A stretch of DNA of 32,000 nt from an uncultured bacterium. Its GTDB lineage: Bacteria > Cyanobacteriota > Cyanobacteriia > CACIAM-69d. Location: contig CAZZMD010000053.1 of the NCBI GenBank assembly GCA_964655355.1, positions 562 through 32,561 on the forward strand. The letters run 5' to 3'. Below the pieces are notes generated by a model. That model saw only the letters and a program-made list of their open reading frames with translations, made no database searches and was not told the origin of the DNA. Positions 28,542 through 32,000 of the stretch are shown one piece after another. The translations under genes and the position numbers were made by a program. Position 1 is the first letter of the stretch. Each line of letters starts with the position of its first letter.

Positions 28542-29144
28542 ATGCAACTTAGCGATCGCGCCAAAGAATTAATCCCGAAAGCCCGTATCGTCAGTTTTCA
28601 CCAGTGGGAGGCCTATCTGTCTGCGGCGATCGCCCAGCGCTTCCGGGATGCGGATGATGCTTCGCGCTATCTCACGGATGAAGATTTTTCAGCGCTGCAA
28701 CCCTTGGCGGAACCGTCGGTGAAGGATGTGCCCCTCGAGCCGATTAATCTTCAGCTTTCCCGGCAGTTGCGGGACTTGGCGAGCGAGATTGTGACTGACG
28801 CACGTGGGCAGGTGCTAGGACAGTTCCCCGGTATTACAGACCCCGGCGGTGCCCTTTATCCCCAAATGCGGGCCGATGCCTGCTGGCGGGATTTTTGGCA
28901 GTTCCTACGGTGCGTTAGCTATGGCGTTGCGGGTAATAATAGCGCCTATCTCAGCCAGGAAGGGTTGGGCTATATGGCGTTGCTATATGAGGAACTTAAG
29001 GTGCCTTTGCCGGCCATGGTCGCGGGTATCAAAGCCCTTGCGGTCTCTAGCCTTAACCATTGCCAGCCTGCTCACCAGGATGATATCTCCGGTGTGGTTA
29101 ATGAATATTTTGATCCGCTCATTCAGGCCCTGGAAAGTTTTTAA
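28542..29144 (+). CDS. Divergent phycobiliprotein-family (globin-like) protein
   Basis: 200 aa; MRADACWRDFWQFLRCVSYGVAGNNSAYLSQEGLGYMALLYEELKVPLPAMVAGIKAL aligns with the helix bearing Cys-82/84 (CxRD...LR.V.Y...AG) of phycobiliproteins. Confidence 0.75.
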   Translation: MQLSDRAKELIPKARIVSFHQWEAYLSAAIAQRFRDADDASRYLTDEDFSALQPLAEPSVKDVPLEPINLQLSRQLRDLASEIVTDARGQVLGQFPGITDPGGALYPQMRADACWRDFWQFLRCVSYGVAGNNSAYLSQEGLGYMALLYEELKVPLPAMVAGIKALAVSSLNHCQPAHQDDISGVVNEYFDPLIQALESF

Positions 29145-29169
29145 GTGTCTTGCGGTAGTTTGTGATTAA

Positions 29170-29910
29170 CTAGGCGGCGGCTAGCTGTCGCTCCAAATCA
29201 AATAGGAAGCCGTGGATATATTCTTCGGTCCACTCTTCCCCGTAAAAGCGTTTGAACATGCCTCGGGCGGGGTCTTTCTCCGCTCGATAGCGTAGGTATC
29301 GCAAGTGGGCTTCCTGGATCGTGTCCCGTTCTTCCAGGGGGGCGGGTTCGGCGGCGTCCACAAAATCTAGGTATAGATTCAGGTAATCCTTGAAGGCGTC
29401 GAAAACGTGGGTTTGTACCGCTTCGTCTTCCTGGGGGCGGGTCCACAAAAATGCCGGCGAGAAAAAGGTTTTTGCTTCTTCAGGGAAGTCTCCGCCCCAC
29501 GGTAAATCCTTCTGATAGCGATGGAATGTGTCCATCACTGGCTCGGAATATTTCTGCTGATATGCCTCGCTGTCTCGGAATAGGGGCTGCATATCCAAGG
29601 CAATTAAGTGTCCCCCGGGCAGGGTCACTAGGTCAGCGCCGAAAAAGGGCAGGTCGTATTCCAATCGAGGGAAAATTACGAAATTCAGCACTTGCACCAT
29701 GCCGCCTCCCTGCACATGGGCGGCTCGCACCTGTCGCAGTTTGTCCGAACAGACGGCATAGCTGGAGGTGGTTACGGTTTGTGCTTTGGCTTTGCTGCCG
29801 ACGCTCGCTTCTTTCTGCTCAAATCCCTCGGGGATGGGATAGGGCTCTAGGGGCAACCGTTCGTTTAGGGTGGTGATCGCGTGGTCCAAAAACGGTTGAT
29901 ATAAGGTCAT
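29170..29910 (-). CDS. pebB: Phycoerythrobilin:ferredoxin oxidoreductase
   Basis: [35 protein letters not shown]...[59 protein letters not shown]. Confidence 0.93.
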   Translation of the reverse strand: MTLYQPFLDHAITTLNERLPLEPYPIPEGFEQKEASVGSKAKAQTVTTSSYAVCSDKLRQVRAAHVQGGGMVQVLNFVIFPRLEYDLPFFGADLVTLPGGHLIALDMQPLFRDSEAYQQKYSEPVMDTFHRYQKDLPWGGDFPEEAKTFFSPAFLWTRPQEDEAVQTHVFDAFKDYLNLYLDFVDAAEPAPLEERDTIQEAHLRYLRYRAEKDPARGMFKRFYGEEWTEEYIHGFLFDLERQLAAA

Positions 29911-29984
29911 GGCGCTAGAACGTACAGGGAAATTTCCCTAAACAATAAGGACGGAACAGGGGGAATTGTGGGGGCTGGATACCC

Positions 29985-30716
29985 TTATCGGCTAACCGCT
30001 GCTTCTACGGGCTTGGAGTCTGCAAATAGGAACTCGTGCAGGAAACGCTCGGCCCATTCGTGGCCGAAGTAGCTGCTGAAGAGTCCGTGGGCGGGATCCC
30101 GCTCGGCGCTGTATTGGTCGTAGTCTTTCTGGGCTTGGACAATCCGCTGAATGTCGGACGGGTCAGTCAATGGCGTCGCCTCGTCCATCATCTGGAAGTA
30201 GCGATCTAAATAATCTTTATAGGCCGCCAGCACCCGAGTGGAGATCATGTCGGCGTCAGCTTTGGCGAAAATTAAATACTTTGAAAAATATCGATTGGCG
30301 TCATAGAACTTCATGCCCAAGTTCTGCGCCAAGTCGTCATAGGACTCATAAATGGGCTTCATCGGCTCAATGTAGCGAGCCTGATAATCGTCATCCCGGA
30401 AGAGGGGTTGAAAGTCAATGACAACCAGGTTTTTACGCTGGTTAAAGGAGAGTAGGTCAATTCCTAGCAGGGGAATGTCGTAGGTGTGATGGGGATAAAT
30501 CACACTGTTGAAAACTTGAATCGTATCGCCGCCGTCAATGTAGGTGTAGCGAATTTTGCGGAATTGGGGGCAGCGATAATGCCAACTTTGAATGGTGGCG
30601 GGCGTTTTTCCTCGCTCGGAAACCTGTCGTTCTAAGCCGACGGGCATGGGCGCTGGCTGCAAGTCAAACCGCTGATGTAGGGCTTCTTCGAGGTGCTTTT
30701 GAAAAGGCTTATACAT
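29985..30716 (-). CDS. pebA: 15,16-dihydrobiliverdin:ferredoxin oxidoreductase
   Basis: MYKPFQKHLEEALHQRFDLQPAPMPVGLE...IQSWHYRCPQFRKIRYTYIDGGDTIQVFNSVIYPHHTYDIPLLGIDLLSFNQRKNLVVIDFQPLFRDD; start at internal ATG. Confidence 0.93.
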   Translation of the reverse strand: MYKPFQKHLEEALHQRFDLQPAPMPVGLERQVSERGKTPATIQSWHYRCPQFRKIRYTYIDGGDTIQVFNSVIYPHHTYDIPLLGIDLLSFNQRKNLVVIDFQPLFRDDDYQARYIEPMKPIYESYDDLAQNLGMKFYDANRYFSKYLIFAKADADMISTRVLAAYKDYLDRYFQMMDEATPLTDPSDIQRIVQAQKDYDQYSAERDPAHGLFSSYFGHEWAERFLHEFLFADSKPVEAAVSR

Positions 30717-30884
30717 AAAAGGAAGGTTGCAATATCGCGCCCTAGGAAAATATCTCAAGTATAGGGAGGCTTCTCGACCACCTCTCATTTAGATGAAAAC
30801 AAAGACACGTTTCGTAATGTCAGATTTTTGCTGGGTATAACTACCTAGAAAAGAGAGGGGTGGGGGGAGTAATTGTGCGAGTTG

Positions 30885-31448
30885 TTATGCGGGTTGGTAT
30901 TGGGCGTGGTTGGCGATCGCCGCATCAAGCATGGCGTCGTCGATACAGCGGAATTCGGAGCAGTAGGCCATTAGGTTGACGCCGCCTGCGGTGCGGACGT
31001 TGCTGACCCGGACTCGCACGTCGTCGGTGACAAACCAGCAGCGTTCTTGCCCGCGATGGTTGTCGTAGTCGGTGTCGATGGTGAGCACGTGATCTTCGCT
31101 GAAGTTATAGCGGCTGATCACGGGGACCACCTCGACGTAGCCGCGATCGCGCAGGAGTCGACCTTTGCTGGGGTTGTCTTCGTCGGGCACGTCCACTAGC
31201 ACCGCCGCATATTTTTCGTTAAATGCTTTGGTGGATAGGTTGCCTTGCCAGCCAAAACTGGCGGCCCCGGTGGCTCGGCTGGGATCTACATTTTGCTGTT
31301 CACAAATGGCGATCGCTTCGGGGGCATCCGCCGGGAGGACGCGCACAATTAGGTTCGATTCCCCTGATTCGTCGTCGCTGCAATCGAAGTGATGAACTTG
31401 TCGTTGGGTATACCAAGTGCCTTCGCTTTTCAGGAAGAACTCCATCAT
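30885..31448 (-). CDS. CpeS/CpcS-family phycobiliprotein lyase
   Basis: MMEFFLKSEGTWYTQRQVHHFDCSDDESGESNLIVRVL...NPSKGRLLRDRGYVEVVPVISRYNFSEDHVLTIDTDY...RCWFVTDDVRVRVSNVRTAGGVNLMAYCSEFR. Exact subfamily (CpeS, CpeU, CpcS, CpcU) not assignable by eye. Confidence 0.88.
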   Translation of the reverse strand: MMEFFLKSEGTWYTQRQVHHFDCSDDESGESNLIVRVLPADAPEAIAICEQQNVDPSRATGAASFGWQGNLSTKAFNEKYAAVLVDVPDEDNPSKGRLLRDRGYVEVVPVISRYNFSEDHVLTIDTDYDNHRGQERCWFVTDDVRVRVSNVRTAGGVNLMAYCSEFRCIDDAMLDAAIANHAQYQPA

Positions 31449-31654
31449 GGTCGTGGGGTGAACAAGACGGGTGGGATTCATGGGGGCGACGCGAAAACGC
31501 TGGGGTGATTGGGCTCTAACAAGTCTAGGACGAGATGTTGGGACCGGCGCGATCGCCTTTTCGGTTATTCACAACCATTAACATTCGCCACAAATTCCCC
31601 CGGAACGGCCAATCTGCGATCGCTCCCCCGTACAATATGCCTCTGTATTTACCT

Positions 31655-31680
31655 TTGCATTATTTGCATTATTTGCATTA
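31655..31680. repeat. 9-bp tandem repeat, about 2.9 copies
   Basis: TTGCATTAT TTGCATTAT TTGCATTA read directly. Confidence 0.9.
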
Positions 31681-31790
31681 GCAGATGTATTGGCGAACTT
31701 TTGCGAGTGCTTCGTCCCACTTCACCGTTGTCGAGGGTACTCAAAGTTCTAAGCAAATTTCTATTAACAATAATTGATTGATTTTTGGCT

Positions 31791-32000
31791 ATGAGCACTG
31801 CCCTACCCCCGGTTTTAGTGGCGGCGATCGCCCAGGGGAAAACGATTCAAGCCCAGCATAATGATGTTTCTCCGTCGGACTCCCAGGGTTTGCCGTTTGC
31901 GGGGGGGACGCCGGAGCATTTGGATTTATATCAGGCAAATTTGGATGGGGCGGATTTGGCGGGGGCGTATTTGGTGGGGGTGCTCTTCACTAATGCGCGG
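31791..32000 (+). CDS. Pentapeptide-repeat-containing protein, truncated by window edge
   Basis: ATG at 31791: MSTALPPVLVAAIAQGKTIQAQHNDVSPSDSQGLPFAGGTPEHLDLYQANLDGADLAGAYLVGVLFTNAR...; A(N/D)LxG five-residue periodicity begins. Confidence 0.7.
   Translation, partial: MSTALPPVLVAAIAQGKTIQAQHNDVSPSDSQGLPFAGGTPEHLDLYQANLDGADLAGAYLVGVLFTNAR

Noticed and set aside
31509-31781. 90 aa + strand ORF with CLCIYLCIICIICI segment
   Set aside because: The hydrophobic stretch is produced by the TTGCATTAT-type low-complexity repeat; no family resemblance.

Overview
This 32 kb window looks like cyanobacterial chromosome: it is rich in HIP1-type GCGATCGC octamers, has a rpoZ-type omega gene, and carries phycobilisome genes. 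Main content, left to right: a truncated GerMN-like gene; an HD phosphohydrolase; an FAD-dependent oxidoreductase; an Mrp/Mnh-type cation/proton antiporter operon (C-D-E-F-G-A'-B, minus strand); a PAS histidine kinase; an arsenic resistance operon (arsC, ACR3-type efflux pump, MerR-family regulator); a membrane histidine kinase with a degenerate ATP-binding G1 box; a solitary C5-cytosine DNA methyltransferase; argS; tRNA-Pro(GGG); a DUF1818-like gene; rpoZ; an alpha/beta hydrolase; a FIST-domain protein; a GH38 alpha-mannosidase; a hypothetical membrane protein; C-phycoerythrin genes cpeBA; a small hypothetical protein; a divergent phycobiliprotein-fold paralog; pebB, pebA and a CpeS/CpcS-type lyase; and the start of a pentapeptide-repeat protein. 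No CRISPR, prophage or IS element is supported. The strongest leads are: (1) the divergent phycobiliprotein paralog next to the phycoerythrin/PEB biosynthesis genes; (2) the ars operon under a MerR-type regulator with a 20-bp-spacer operator and an unusual Cys triad; (3) the kinase with DxGxG changed to NxGxA; (4) perfect hairpins in the cpeB leader; (5) recurrent 12-15 bp local tandem duplications in intergenic DNA, including a 13 bp x 4.4 array inside the ars operon. All calls come from reading the sequence; no database search or folding was run.
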